A DNA stretch of 64,000 bases, taken from the NCBI RefSeq assembly GCF_006345805.1, contig NC_043005.1:24800001-24864000 (forward strand), written 5' to 3'. How positions within the stretch are numbered: position 1 is the stretch's first letter; every line of letters begins with the position of its first letter. This document shows positions 12,857 through 25,879 of this stretch, piece by piece. A program made the position numbers and the translations under genes. The notes beneath the pieces are model-generated. The model was not told the origin of the DNA and searched no databases. It saw only the letters and a program-made list of their open reading frames with translations. The DNA is from Octopus sinensis. Lineage: Eukaryota.

Positions 12857-13467
12857 TCTTTTTTACTCTAGGCATAAGGCCCGAAATTTTTGGTGAGGGG
12901 CTAGTCGATTAGATCGACCCAACTACACAACAGGTACTTTATTTATCGACTCGAAAAGATGAAAATCAAAGCCGACCTCGGTGGAATTTGAACTCAGAAC
13001 GTAAAGACAGATGAAATACCTATTTCTTTACTACCCACAAGGGGCTAAACACAGAGAGGACAAACAAAGACAGACAAACGGATTAAGTCGATTACATCGA
13101 CCCCAGTGCGTAACTGGTACTTATTTAATCGACCCCGAAAGGATGAAAGGCAAAGTCGACCTCGGCGGAATTTGAACTCAGAACGTAGCGGCAGACGAAA
13201 TACTGCTAAGCATTTCGCTCGGCGTGCTAACGTTTCTTATTTCTTTATTGCCCACAAGAGGCTAAACATAGAGGGGACAAACAAGGACAGACAAATGGAT
13301 TAAGTCGATTATATCGACCCCAGTGCGTAACTGGTACTTATTCAATCGACCTGAAAGGATGAAAGGCAAAGTCAACCCTGGTGGAATTTGAACTCAGAAC
13401 CTAGCGGCAGACGAAATACTGCTCAGCATTTCGCCCGGCGTGCTAACGATTCTGCCAGTTCGCCGCC
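12857..13467 (-). mobile_element. SINE family A (trimeric)
   Basis: Three tandem body units; flanked by a TCATTACA duplication. Confidence 0.9.
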
Positions 13468-13531
13468 TCCTTTTCATTACACGTTATCTATTTTGGTGTA
13501 GGATTTCCTACTCTCTTTTTGTTTTCTTTTA

Positions 13532-13650
13532 TTCGATTTTGCCTTTCATCCTTTCGGGGGTCGATAAATTAAGTACCAGTTGCATACTGGGTCGATCTAA
13601 TCGACTGACCCCTCCCCCAAAATTTCGGGATTTGTGCCTAGCGTAGAAAA
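13532..13650 (+). mobile_element. SINE family A 3' fragment
   Basis: TTTGCCTTTCATCCTTTCGGGGGTCGATAAATTAAGTACC... tail. Confidence 0.85.
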
Positions 13651-13759
13651 GAAAAGACTTGAAAACATTTCGTACTCCAAATTGAACGCCGGAAATATAA
13701 TAGCAATCAACTGGAGCGTTGTATCATTAATAAAGTACGAAGCAGGAATCGTTGAGTGG

Positions 13760-14220
13760 GGAAGAAATTAATTGGGGAATATTAATAGAAAGCCGCTCGC
13801 AATGCAGAGAAGCATGTACCCCCAGTCGAGTATAGAGCTTGTACACTAGAAAAGATCAAGAAGAAAGTGTTGGTTAATGAGTGTTGAAGAAGTAATAGGA
13901 CTAGTAAAAAGTCTAGGTCTTTATCTTAGAAAAGATAATTTACAAAGATTATTAGAAAGGATTATTTACATAGCAGAGTTCAAAGGACAAAAACATCCAG
14001 TAAAATATGTGAGGAAAAAAGCCAAACTTTGAAGTAAATAAGTTCAGTTCGAAAGTCAGAAGTGATAAGAAATTACAAGGATAGCTGGATGGTTATGAGG
14101 GGATGAGGATCCATTGGATCAAGAAAATGATAAGCAGGACTCTGAAATAGAAAATGTGGAATGTACGTTGATACAGACGACACATAGTATAAGAAATGCT
14201 CAACGGTATCGCAAAATGAA
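13760..14220 (-). mobile_element. Highly decayed CR1/L2-like LINE fragment (post-RT region)
   Basis: Broken motifs IPLSIS, LITSDF and LLVYKLYTR..HAS resemble LGV.I.SDL..W and LYKSY.RP.LEYAS. Confidence 0.4.
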
Positions 14221-15001
14221 TAAATACAAAACGTGTAAACATGATAACATTAATGCAAAAAATACGCTGGAATTTTAACGAGGGTTTGTTTTTCGTGCAC
14301 ACTAAAATATCTATGACTGTTTTGTGAGAACAGAAATGAAAGGGTTTTTTATGAAACTAAATCATAAACTACTGAAGGGTTTGTTTGTGAACGAACTGTT
14401 ATGTAAATATACATAAAATACAGTGTTACCGGAGTAGAGAAGCAGAACTACTGAAAAAACAGGATTACGATTCACAGAGATAGCTACGTCGATAAAATAA
14501 CATTTAATGTTTTGAACATTAAAATAAAAGCATATTCAGACCTGCGGCAACAGAAATAACATGAATTGATCGCTAACAATATATTTGTCATCAACGTTAC
14601 CGGAGACAACTCCGAGCATGGTTCGCCTTTGTTAAAACTCTTCAGTAGAATTGCAGACTCATCGTAAACTACCGAACGATTAACGATCTTTTTTTCTCAT
14701 TTTTTTAAAAGTTAATTTACAGAAATACATAGTCGTTGGCATAAAGCAAACCATTTTACTGTACACCTGAACCTGTTGTATGCAGAACTACAGGTGTATT
14801 CGCATCTATCAATATAGAGAAAAACGCAGGTGACTATAGACAAGGTCTGCTCATGTATGGATATCCTGGGACTATATAAACATGAGCGAGTGAAGTTTGG
14901 CACAGTTAGTACTGGGTTTTGTGCCAATAAAGAGCAGGGCTCTCCAAAACATAACTTAGCCTGTGGTGAACTTCTAATATGCTGACGGTGATGAAGGCAG
15001 C

Positions 15002-15042
<41 letters not shown>

Positions 15043-15130
15043 AAGTAGTTGTTATCACTTGCAATATTGATGGGTGTAGCACTAATTAGTAAGAATACGG
15101 AAAAGCTGTGGTATTATTGTTAAAACCGTA

Positions 15131-15500
15131 GGGCGGCGAGCTGGCAGAAGCGTTAGCACGCCGGGCTAAACGCTTAGCGGTATTTCGTCTGCCGTTACGT
15201 TTTGAGTTCAAACTCCCCCGATGGTCGACTTTGCCTTTCATCCTTTCTGGGTCGATAAATTAAAAACCAGTTACGCACTGGTGTCGATGTAATCGACTTA
15301 ATCCTTTTGTCTGTCCTTATTTGTCCCCTTTATGTTAAGCCCACTGTGGGCAATAAAGAGATATTTTTCGTTCTGAGTTCAAATGCCGCCTTTCATCCTT
15401 TCAGGGTCGATAAATGAAGTACCAGTTGCGTACTGGAGTCGATCTAATCGACTGGCCCCTTCCCCCAAAAATTTCGGGCCTTGTACCTAGAGTAGAAGCG
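15131..15500 (+). mobile_element. SINE family A (dimeric)
   Basis: Family consensus match; TSD ATTATTGTTA(A/G)AACCGT. Confidence 0.9.
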
Positions 15501-15724
15501 ATTATTGTTAGAACCGTTATGTAACGGTTAGGGGCGTCAGATAAAACGCTCTGCAGATCACGATCTTCTTTTATAAGGTTCTGGGTTCATATTCCGGTCT
15601 TTTTGCTTTCCAGTTTTACAGGATCGATAAATTCAAGTACTAGTCGCTGTACTAAAATGTGAAACAGACCCGAAATAATTATCAGCAATACTAGTGGTGT
15701 CGGTAGTAATAATAGTAATATTGT

Positions 15725-16003
15725 TGTTTGTTCCTTCTCGAGCCACGCCTGGCTCATAAAGGTCGGTTTCCCGGTTTCGACGGGACGCCGGTCCGTCGCA
15801 GGTGAGCTGCAAGATGCAGAAGGAAAGAGTGAGAGAAAGTTGTGACGAAAGAGTCAGCAGACGTTCGCCATTACCTTTTGCCGGTGCCGCGTGGAGCTTA
15901 GGTGCTTCGTTCATAAACACACATATCGCCTGGTCTGAGATTCGAACCCGCCATCGCTCGACCGCGAGTCCGCTGCTCTAACCACTTGGCCATGTGCCTC
16001 CAC
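15725..16003 (-). mobile_element. SINE related to family B
   Basis: Head GTGGAGGCACATGGCCAAGTGGTTAGAGCAGCGGACTCGCGGTCG on the minus strand; different tail. Confidence 0.8.
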
Positions 16004-16029
16004 AATAGTAAAAGCTAGTAAGCTAAGAT

Positions 16030-16254
16030 GACCATGCTGGAGCACCGCCTTTTGTCGAGCAAATCGACCCCAGGACTTATTTTTGTAAGCTTAGTACTTA
16101 TTCTATCGGTCTCTTTTGCCGACCGCTAAGTTACGGGGACGTAAACACCACAGCATCGGTTGTCAAGCGATGTTGGGGGGACAAACACAGACACACACAC
16201 ACCCACACCACACACGCGCACACGCACCGCGCACGCGCACACGCACACACGCAC

Positions 16255-16301
<47 letters not shown>

Positions 16302-16471
16302 TATATATAACGGGCTTCTTTCAGTTTCTGTCTACCAACCCACTCACAAGGCTTTGGTCGACCCGAGGCTATAGTAGAAGACACTTGCCCAAGGTGCCAC
16401 GCAGTGGGACTGAACCTAGAACCATGTGGTTCGTAAGCAAGCTACTTACCACGCAGCTACTCCTACGCCTA
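16030..16471 (-). mobile_element. SINE family C with internal microsatellite
   Basis: Head ...TGGTAAGTAGCTTGC...GGTTCAGTCCCACTGCGTGGCACCTTGGGCAAGTGTCTT, internal (TA)n(TG)n and tail GGCGGTGCTCCAGCATGG. Confidence 0.9.
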
Positions 16472-17178
16472 TGATAACCTATAATAACATTTATCAACAT
16501 CACCACCACTACTAGCGTCATCCCAACCCCCATCAAAACTAAGCCCCTATATTTTATTCTCCACCTCAAACTCTACTTTATCGTAAACTACAACACCACT
16601 AAGAACAACATCAAGTGTTGTGGAAGAAACTAATGAGAGAAATCCTTTAAAAAATAAATTTAAAAAATCAAAAACGAAACGAAAAAATTAGATACACATT
16701 CACGCGCATGCGCGCGCACAGAATGTCCCTTGTTGTTGTTTGACCTTTCCATGACCTCATCTTCTACTGAACATCCCCCTCCATTCTTGCTGTTCCTTTC
16801 TGATCTCTGCCTTTTGAACTAATATATATATATAACTATACATCATGTGCTTACAATGCGTGTCCCATATCTAACACAGATACATTCGCACGGTCGTGCG
16901 TACGTATATGTATGCATTCTACGTCTGTGTGTGTGTGTGTGTCTGTGTGTACACATACACATACGCGTTTTTCATTCTATTATCGTTGGGTGTGTATATA
17001 TAGGTTTGTGTATACATATCTTTAAAGTATATACGTGTATACCTATCTCAAACTGGGTCTATTCCATCTCATACACAGATTGGAATGGATTATACACACA
17101 CACGTATATATACATATATATATATGCATACATACATGTGTATGTATGTATGTATATATATATGCATACATATATATT

Positions 17179-17525
17179 TACATTATTTACATTTGACGGA
17201 TATTTGTCCTCATCTTGTTCGTTGTTAACACAACGTTTCGGCTGATATACCCTTCAGCCTTCATCGGGCATGGTTAAGAGCGCATGCTACCAATCCCAAG
17301 ATTCAGAGTTCGATTCCAGGTAGTGACCTGAATAATAATAATAATAACATCGAAAAATACCTTAGGAATGAGAACCTAGGTTCGAAATTTCCCCAAGATA
17401 CCTGTTGAAGGCTGGAGAGTATATCAGCCGAAACGTTGTGTTAACAACAAACAAGATGAGGACAAAATATCCGTCAAATTTAAATAATGTACATAATTCC
17501 TCATCTCATAAATATAGAACTGTAT
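17179..17525 (+). mobile_element. tRNA-head/hammerhead non-autonomous element preceded by an inverted tail copy
   Basis: Inverted tail 17179-17270, tRNA-like head 17271-17330, (AAT)n, then HHR motif 17397-17442 (core mutated to CTGTTGA) and tail. Confidence 0.8.
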
Positions 17526-17788
17526 ATCTATCTATCTATCTATCTATCTGTCTGTCTAAATTTCTAACCCTTTATTGAAATCCGATTGACATGTTAGTTA
17601 CCCAGCCTTTTGTGTGTATACGTAAGTGAAGAGAGGGGTGAATGCATCCGTCTTTGTTGACCCTACGCGAATCATGGGTCACAGCTCTTAATTAAGGGAA
17701 AACGTTTACCATAACAGGATCTTGTGTTGCGTTGGAATTTTAATGTCGATGGTCTGTGAAGTGAAAGATTAGATCCCCCCTCTGTTCT

Positions 17789-17821
<33 letters not shown>

Positions 17822-18332
17822 CACACACACACACACACACACACCACACACACACATATATCCACACATATACATATACACCCACACACATACGTATAAT
17901 ATACAAAATAACGCTTCTAATCGTTATGCATTTATTATACACACAGCATGCATTCATACGTACACACACGAGTGTATATATATATATATATATATGGGTA
18001 AATGTGTGTGTATACATATGCGTGTATGTTTGTTTGTGTGTATATATATATATTTGTGTGTGTGCGTGTGTTGTTTATTCGTCTAGTGCATTTTATACAT
18101 TAAAATGTCTGACAAAATAGTATGTAGAAGCCTGCGCGTGTTTCCGTTTGGGTTTTATAATTGTATCCTCGGCTGTGTAATCCAGGATTGAGCGCTACAC
18201 AAGAGAATATGTAGAAAACAAAACGGGAGGTAAAGACAATATAGACACACTTCAAGAAAAGAAAAACGTGGAGAAATATTTTAATTTAGACATCACGGAG
18301 TTAATACGAGTTACCTTTTAGTCCTTACAATT

Positions 18333-19040
18333 ATTAGATTGTCTGGAAAGTTTTGAGCGTTTTTTAATATGCAAAATAGGGATATACTTCATGAACCTAC
18401 TTTTTCCAACTCTGCAAGTTCTCCAGTCGAGATATTTGAGTTTTCTTCGATTTTTGCCTTCAAAATATTTTCATCCAATTTTGAAGGTCTTCCGCTGCGA
18501 CTGTCATCTTCCAAGCTAAACTCTCCACCTTTAAATTTTGCAAATCACCTTTCAACAAATATTGTTTGCCAACATAACATGGCAGTCCTGGTTTAGGACA
18601 AATGTTGCTGTAATTTAGCCCCAGGAGACATCCTCTCCAGCTGGCTATACAACACGATCTGTGTCCTTATATTTTCAAACAAAGGAATCTAGCACCCCCA
18701 CTCAGATATTGTTTTGAGCTGAGTTGGGGTGCTAGATTCCCATGTTCGAAAATATAAGGACACAGGTCGTGTCGTATAGCCAGCTGGAGATGATGTCTCC
18801 TGGGGCTAAATTACAGCAACATTTGTCCTAAACCAGGACTGCCATGTTATGTTGGCAAGCAATCTTTACTTCAAAGTACTGTTGCTGAATATCTCACCTT
18901 TGAACAGGTTTTTGCAAGTCTTTGCAGCACTTTCTCCTTTTTTTTTCTTTAAAACAAATTAAAAGCATTACAATGCGAATATGAAATTTACCAAAAAGTG
19001 CACAAAGTGGTGATCATTAGCTTCCAGACACTTTTTAGTA
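18333..19040 (-). mobile_element. Mariner remnant interrupted by a palindromic insert
   Basis: Minus-strand peptides GESAAKTCKNL and RRPSKLDENILKAKIEENSNISTGELAE (mariner HTH region); TA-TTAGATTGTCTGGAAAG end. Confidence 0.65.
18561..18863. repeat. ~300 bp near-perfect palindrome (foldback/MITE)
   Basis: Arms 18561-18705 and 18719-18863 are reverse complements with few mismatches. Confidence 0.9.
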
Positions 19041-19044
19041 TGGT

Positions 19045-19470
19045 AAACTGCCACTTGGGAAACGTTGACCAAAGTGTCCAGAGAAGTTGTTGCACACGCC
19101 ATTTTAATTTCTTCCGGAAGGGCCGTCGGTGTAGCCGGTTTTCTGCAATACATGACGTCCTTTAAGGTGCCCTATTAGTAAAAGTCCGCAGGTGTTAAGT
19201 CAAAAGAACTTGCGGGGAACTCAACGGCACCTCTTCGTCCTATCCATGTCCTTGCAAACTTTCATCCTGGGCAGTACTGTGGCAGTCCATCGTCCTTTTG
19301 AGAGAAAAATTCATAATTTCCATAAAATGTGCGCATGGTAGATAAAACAGACGTGCGAAGCATATCTAGGTACGTTTGATTAGTAACAGTATCTCCAAAG
19401 AAAATGGTCCTATTTGACCCCCTCTCATGAATCTCCACACCATACATTGATCCCTGGTCAATTGACTACT
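19045..19470 (-). mobile_element. Tc1/mariner-superfamily transposase catalytic-domain pseudogene fragment
   Basis: FFGDTVTNQTYLDML...QKDDGLPQY; frameshifted WIGRRGAVEFPASSFDLTPADF..GTLKDVMY (SPDLTP motif). Confidence 0.8.
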
Positions 19471-20639
19471 TTCTTGAAAAGGGCTAAAAAGAGTTTTAAA
19501 AAGGTTAAAAGTAACTTGAGTTTATCCCATGATGTCTAAATTAAAATATTTCTACACGTTTTTCTTTTCTTGAAGTGCGTACACAGTTTTAGACGGACTG
19601 TATGTATGTGTGTGTGTATGTGTATGTGTGTGTGTGAATGCAGGCCATATGAACGAAATAATTTGTATAGATTTTATTTGGGGAGGTCACAAACCCCACT
19701 TACATTAGTGAAGCTATTACTGCTGATTATATTTAGATTTTGCTCGTTTTGCAATGGTTTCACAACCTTTTCTTTTCCATCTTCGATTAACTGTCGACTG
19801 TTCTTTGAAGCATTGTGGGAAGACTGTTCCATCAAACAACTTTGAAATTTGTAAGTTTTGTTGCAAATGAGTCTTTGTGCAGATAACATTGGTTTTTGTA
19901 GGCACCTAATATTGCTGTCGAGTTCCAAACATATTTATTTTATAAAAAATAGTCCATATACGGAATCCAAAATAGCGAAATAGATAAAAAGAAAGTACTT
20001 CCTTTATGATGTAATGGATATTTAGATAACCGAAATGTAGACTGTTTCCTTTATGACTAAAAAATTATGTACAGGCAGCCGTCACTGGCGAGCGAGTATG
20101 GCTTCGTTGCATGTACCATGCTTTCGCTAATTGTTTTAAGTGCCTACATAGTAACGAGCTCATTCACCTTTGACCCAGCGGAATATCCAGGATGTGACAG
20201 CTGGGAGAGATTGATGTACCAACAACCCACATAATAATATACATAAGATTGCGTTTGTTTGTGACACATAATACTGAGGAGACGTAGTCCGCTTCTTTGC
20301 ATGTTGTGCTGGACTGAGCAGAACATCCAAGGGGCGCAGTTGACAGGAAAGAAGGATGCGCCAGCGCTCGACCTCAACTCATTACTACTGAATAGGCTCA
20401 ACTCTAGGGGCCGGGGAACATTTTTAACCAATTACCCCAAAATGTATTTATTTATGCCGACGTTACCCCCTTGATTCGAAAGGAAGGAAATCATAGATTC
20501 TTTGAATTCAAAAGGTTTATTGAGTCTATTTATTTGGAGAATACAATTATAAATACAAAAAGTATAAGACAAATGCAATAAAATAAATTAATATCCTCAT
20601 TATGAAACAAAAGGATTTTTTCTAGAAACTTTTTCACTT

Positions 20640-20860
20640 CCAGTTTCGAAGAAATGATGTTTCATTTTTGTTACAGTTACATCAAAATTGTGGCATTTTG
20701 ATGTCAGAGCAATTTGGATACAGTTTTTGGGGTCCAATCGATTACTCTGCTTTGTTTTTATGTTCATTAGAGTGGAAAATATTTATTTGCAAATGTAGGC
20801 TGCTGCAAAAGGTAACAACTTTTTGACTGCCTCCTCACGTCAGAAAAGAAATTTCTGTCG
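20640..20860 (-). mobile_element. hAT (Buster/Charlie-like) transposase C-terminal dimerisation fragment
   Basis: LPFAAAYICK*IFSTLMNIKNK resembles LPFxTTYLCExxFSxLxxIKxK. Confidence 0.6.
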
Positions 20861-20885
20861 TAACAACAAACACGTTTTTTTTATA

Positions 20886-21137
20886 TATTGGGTTGGTACA
20901 TAATTATTGCGGCTTTTCTTCAACAAATTTTATTCAGCAAAAACAATAACAATATTTAACAAAAACATCTTTAAATGATGGTTTGACCGTCTGCCAAGCA
21001 AATGGGAAGCATTAATTGAAGTAAATGGTGAATATGCTCTAGAATAATCATTTAAAGATGTTTTTGTTACATGTTATTGTTTTTGTTGAATAAAATTTGG
21101 TTGAAAAAAGCTGCAATAATTTTGCACCAACCCAATA
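20886..21137. mobile_element. Mariner-derived MITE
   Basis: TA TSD; ~90 bp TIRs TTGGGTTGGT(A/G)CA...; centre encodes the mariner C-terminus FDRLPSKWEALIEVNGEY. Confidence 0.9.
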
Positions 21138-22542
21138 ATTTTACTTATGTCTAATGAGTCCTCATCACCCCAAGAATTTCCTTTTTATTTGGGGTGATTT
21201 ATCCTGGTTCGCGGACCCCTGGAATAGAGCAACGTAAACATAAGTGCCTTATTCAAGAACACAACGCGCCACTCGATCCAGGAATTGAACCTGTAACTTT
21301 GTGGTCATGAGGCCCACACTTTAACTAATAAATCTTCACGGTAGGAAAATAAATTGATTTCTAGCAAAGAGACAAGCCTCATTCAGATTTGGAGGATGGG
21401 GAAAAGTCAATGATCGTGACACCAATACTGTACTGGGACTTAATTTATGGGCTTTGGAAGGATGAAGAGTATTTGGATGGGTAAATGTATAAGACGGGTT
21501 ATGGTCGCGAGTCCATTATTGGCTGACATCATGATTATGACGGGTTGACCTTTAAAGTATGAGACTCATAGAAGTCTATCATATTACGGTGAAATAGGGG
21601 AGGACAGGGCCAGGTAGTAGATGTAGTATCAAAGACAAGCACACAAACGTACTTGCATGCGAACACACATGCATACACATACACACAACCATGAGTACAC
21701 TCATACATGTACACATATACATTCAAACATGCAACTATATCTTGAAGCCATTAAGAACTACCAAACTGTAACTGCTGGGAAATTAACATTATGTTCCCCC
21801 GTAATATGCAGATTCTCAGGTCCTTACTCAGTAAGCGCAAATGTGGAAGTTAATCGGGATATTTAAAGCAGCCTCATAGTTCTAAACAATTTTCGTTGGA
21901 AATTTTCCATCTTCTACACATGTTGCCAAGTACCACTCACAAAATTTAATTTTTCGGTCTTGATCATCTTTATTGAGAGCATGGACGATTCTTAGAATAA
22001 AAATTTTCTCCTTTTAGTGCTTTAAAATATGGACTCTTAATTTTCAAATTGCTGAGTCATGTCTCGCTTGCCGCACAGATTCTCTTGAATTCTAGTAACG
22101 TGTTTCAAGTAACCCTTCTCTCTTTGTGGGGCCGTCGATGTCCGTTGTCTTCCAGAACATTTCTTGTATACATTCGAAACATTTTCATTTGCTTCAAACT
22201 TCTCACTAATTCTAGTAGCCGGTTGTGTATGAAACTCTCACCATAACTGTCTTGGCACTTCGACTGCCTTTACAAACTTCCAGCAGCAATTTAGGCTAAA
22301 TTTCCTTTGTTCAGAGCATAGTCTAGCTCCCTTCATTATTTCAAAGGAGTTAAGCCTAAAGACAAATGAAACTCGAGAGTTATCAGCAGTTATACTGTGG
22401 GACACCTGTATATCATAAGATGCACATTCGTAAACTGCAACTGTCATAAAACATATATAAAACAGTATAAGGTAGGTATTGAAAGCACTTCATAAACATA
22501 ATCGCGCGCGCGTGTAGATACAGCAGACAGACATACATACGT

Positions 22543-22578
<36 letters not shown>

Positions 22579-22671
22579 GTATATTAATATAATCTGGGTA
22601 AAAAACACCCCAAAACTTTCGTATATTTCTCTTGACAGTTGACATTTTAAAAATATATACATCAACACAGA

Positions 22672-22810
22672 ATGCGTTCTGAGTTCAAATTCCGCCAAGG
22701 TTGACTTTGCCTTTCATTCTTTCGGGGTCGATGAAATAAGTACCAGTTACGCACTGGGAACAATCCCTCCCACAAAATTTCAGGCTTTGTGCCTATAATA
22801 GAAAGGATTA
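22672..22810 (+). mobile_element. SINE family A fragment
   Basis: GTTCTGAGTTCAAATTCCGCC...GCCTATAATAGAAAGG. Confidence 0.85.
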
Positions 22811-22889
22811 CATAGAGCTAAGAAGTGAATACGATTTGTCACAAACGGAAATATAAAGGAACCTCTGGCGTTTAGACAATCATTAAAGA

Positions 22890-23410
22890 ATCAGTACCGC
22901 CTTTAGTCGAAGAAATCGATCCCAGGACTTATTCTTTTTAAGCCTAGTACTTATTCTTTCGGTCTCTTTGGCCGAACCGAGCGATGGTGGAGGGAACAGA
23001 CACACATACATAAATACATATATACATACATACAAATATACATTACACACACACACACACACACACGTATAATACACATTAAGTACAGGATATCACCAAC
23101 GAGTGAAAAATACGTAAACACACGAGGGATAGATAATTGTGGAGAGTTAGGGCTTCGAACGAGCAAACAACGACAGAGTGGATGTACAGAGTAAACAATC
23201 GACAAAGGCAAACATTAAGGGCCGTTAGACCAAGACGAATTGTAATGGGTACGACAAGCTTCTTTCGGTTTCCGTCTACCAAACCCACTCACAAAGCTCT
23301 GGTCGGCCCGAGGCTATAGTAGAAGACACTTGCCCAAGGTGTCACGCAGTGGGACTGAACAAGGAACCATGTTGGTTGGTGAGCAAGCTATTTTACCACA
23401 GTTACTCCTG
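22890..23410 (-). mobile_element. SINE family C (interrupted internally)
   Basis: Head 23250-23410 and tail 22890-23010 match family C. Confidence 0.8.
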
Positions 23411-24081
23411 CTAATAATACATTAGCATTGAAATACCGAGGTCGTTGCAATTAACAGTATGGTAAAAAAATTTCGAACTTGAGGAAAGTGGTGATGATCC
23501 TGAATATGTCGGTGACCATTTTGTCGACAGGAGAGTTTGGATGAATTCAAATGCTGTGCATCTCCCAGAGTATCTTCCACGTGCAATCATGTAAAGGGGT
23601 CCTTGCGTTTCGCTTGAGAGTGATTCACCACGACACCGCCATGGCTGCTGCTGTCATCACCACCACTACCAATACTACTACTACTACAACGACAAAGTAA
23701 CCTGTGACACCACCATCATCAACGTCACCGGTATACAAATGTCAGCTAAGTCATCACCAAGAACAACCTCTCTAACAACAGGGCTGCTATTGTAGCCGTA
23801 GACATCCAACTTACTACCACCACGTCGTCGTCGCCATCGTGGATTAATTAGGTCAACATATTCCTGTGTTGATGTATATATTATAAAATGTCAACTGACA
23901 ATCCGTTAATCTCACTGCCCCAACTCTCTCTACCTTCTTTCTACATTCTCTCTCTTTCTCTTTCTCTCTCCCTGCTCCCTCTCACTCATCCCTCCTCACA
24001 TTTGGTCCCATTTCTTCCTTTTCCTTACATACATTTGTGTATAATGTGTATAACATATATAATATGTATTATTTTGTATTC

Positions 24082-24117
<36 letters not shown>

Positions 24118-24122
<5 letters not shown>

Positions 24123-24495
24123 AGGCTTGAAATTTGGGGGAGTGGACTAGTCGATCACATCGACCCCCTAGTGTTTCACTGGTACTTAATTTATCGACCC
24201 CAAAAAGATGAAAGGCAAAGCTGGCCTCGGCAGAATTTTAACCCAGAACGTAACGGCAGACGAAATACCTATTTCTATTTCTGTACTACCCACAATGGGC
24301 TAAACTCAGAGGGACAAACAAGGACAGACAAACGGATTAAGTCGATTACATCGACCCCAGTGCGTAACTGGTACTTGATTTATCGACCCCGAAAGGATGA
24401 AAGGCAAAGTCGACTTCGGCGGAATTTGAACTCAGAACGTAATGGCAGACGAAATACGGCTAAGCGTTTCGCCCGGCGTGCTAACGATTCTGTCA
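24118..24495 (-). mobile_element. SINE family A (dimeric)
   Basis: Family consensus match. Confidence 0.9.
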
Positions 24496-24894
24496 ACAAT
24501 GCGCATACATACAATACTTGCGGTGTTTGTTCCAGCTCTTTACGTTCTGATTTCATACCCAGCTAAAGTTTGCTTTTCATCTCGCTGAAGCCGATAAAGT
24601 ACAGTAATACCTGTTATGTGTTGTGGTGTTTGTAATCGACTAAACTCTTCTCCAAATTTCAAGTCTTATGTCTACGTTAGAAAGCAATGGTGACAAAGGA
24701 TCGGGAATCAAAGTGCACTGGTTTAAAATGAAAGGAAAGCTCTAATTGTCATCGTGTGTCTATGTGTACTTGTGGGTGATAGAGTTGTGTGTGTGAGTGC
24801 TTGGGTTTTATAACAAAGTCGATTTTGTGGGGGTTTTTCCTTTGTCTTCTGCCTCGAAAACTTTCAATTAAATAATTATCAAAAAAAAAAAAAG

Positions 24895-25110
24895 TGTCTG
24901 TGTTTGCCCTCCCCCACCACCACCACCATCGCTTGATAACTGATGCTGGTGTGTTTACGTCCCCGTAATTTAGCATTTCGGCAAAAGAGACCAATAGAAT
25001 ACGTACTAGGCTTACAAAGAATAAGTCATGGAGGTTGATTTCTTCGACTGAAAGCGGTGCTCCAGCACGGCCGCAGTCAAGTAAAAGAATAAAGGAACAA
25101 AGAGTAAAAA
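24895..25110 (+). mobile_element. SINE family C 3' half
   Basis: GTGTCTGTGTTTG...GCGGTGCTCCAGCACGGCCGCAGTCAA. Confidence 0.85.
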
Positions 25111-25435
25111 TAAAATTAATCTACTTCATTTTATGACTAATTTCCTAATTACTTATTATTGTCGGATTTTGCCCATTATTGACGATTACTTAATCGCTCA
25201 CTTTCTCACTGGTGTAGGTTGTTTCGCATTGTCCACCATATTGTATGTATAACGTTCGAAAGAGCACTGAAACAATTATTGCTGTTAGTTTGTTGGTTTC
25301 AGCTTTTTGACAGCGGCCATGCTGGAGCATCGCTTTGAATGGTATAGTCCATTGTATCAACTTGATATTTCTTCTATCGTTTTCGAAATGATAAGTTAAG
25401 CTGGGCAGGGTATGAACTCGGAATGTTAAAGAAAC

Positions 25436-25851
25436 GGTGACGGTGTAGTATGTGATCCACATACATGTTTCTGGTATAGCTTATGATCTACATTAGTTCA
25501 AATAGTGTAATCTGTGATCTACACCGACTTTTTGATCTACACTTACTCGACTTTCGGTTGGTTTTATAAACCAAAAAAATACTTTTATGATTTAAACACT
25601 TTTAGTCCTGAGCCCATTGAAAGAAGTCGTGATGAGAGCAAAAGAATTTTACACACAGGTTATTTGAGATGAAGATGCTGCAATAGAATTTCTCCGATGC
25701 CATGAACTCCTTGATGAACATGGAGATATTGATCCATCTCCAATTGTAATTGCAAATTTATGACAAAATTTTGAATGTAGATCACGAGCTAGTCTAGATT
25801 TAAGTTGCTGTAGATCACAATGGCATATAGATCACATAGTACACCAACACC
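25436..25851 (+). mobile_element. Merlin/IS1016-like non-autonomous DNA transposon
   Basis: TIRs GGTGACGGTGTAGTATGTGATC / GATCACATAGTACACCAACACC with subterminal GATCTAC/GTAGATC repeats; internal peptide DEDAAIEFLRCHELLD resembles an IS1595/Merlin N-terminus. No clean TSD. Confidence 0.6.
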
Positions 25852-25879
25852 CGTAACCGAATACTAATCGCAAAGTATT

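Noticed and set aside
13106-13303. Recurrent small ORF MRNWYL..RPRKDERQSRPRRNLNSER (also 24171, 27552, 47679)
   Set aside because: Antisense translation of SINE family A, not a protein family.
21900-22440. Coding-like composition on the minus strand
   Set aside because: Multiple stops and no motif I can assign; probably a decayed transposase but unsupported.
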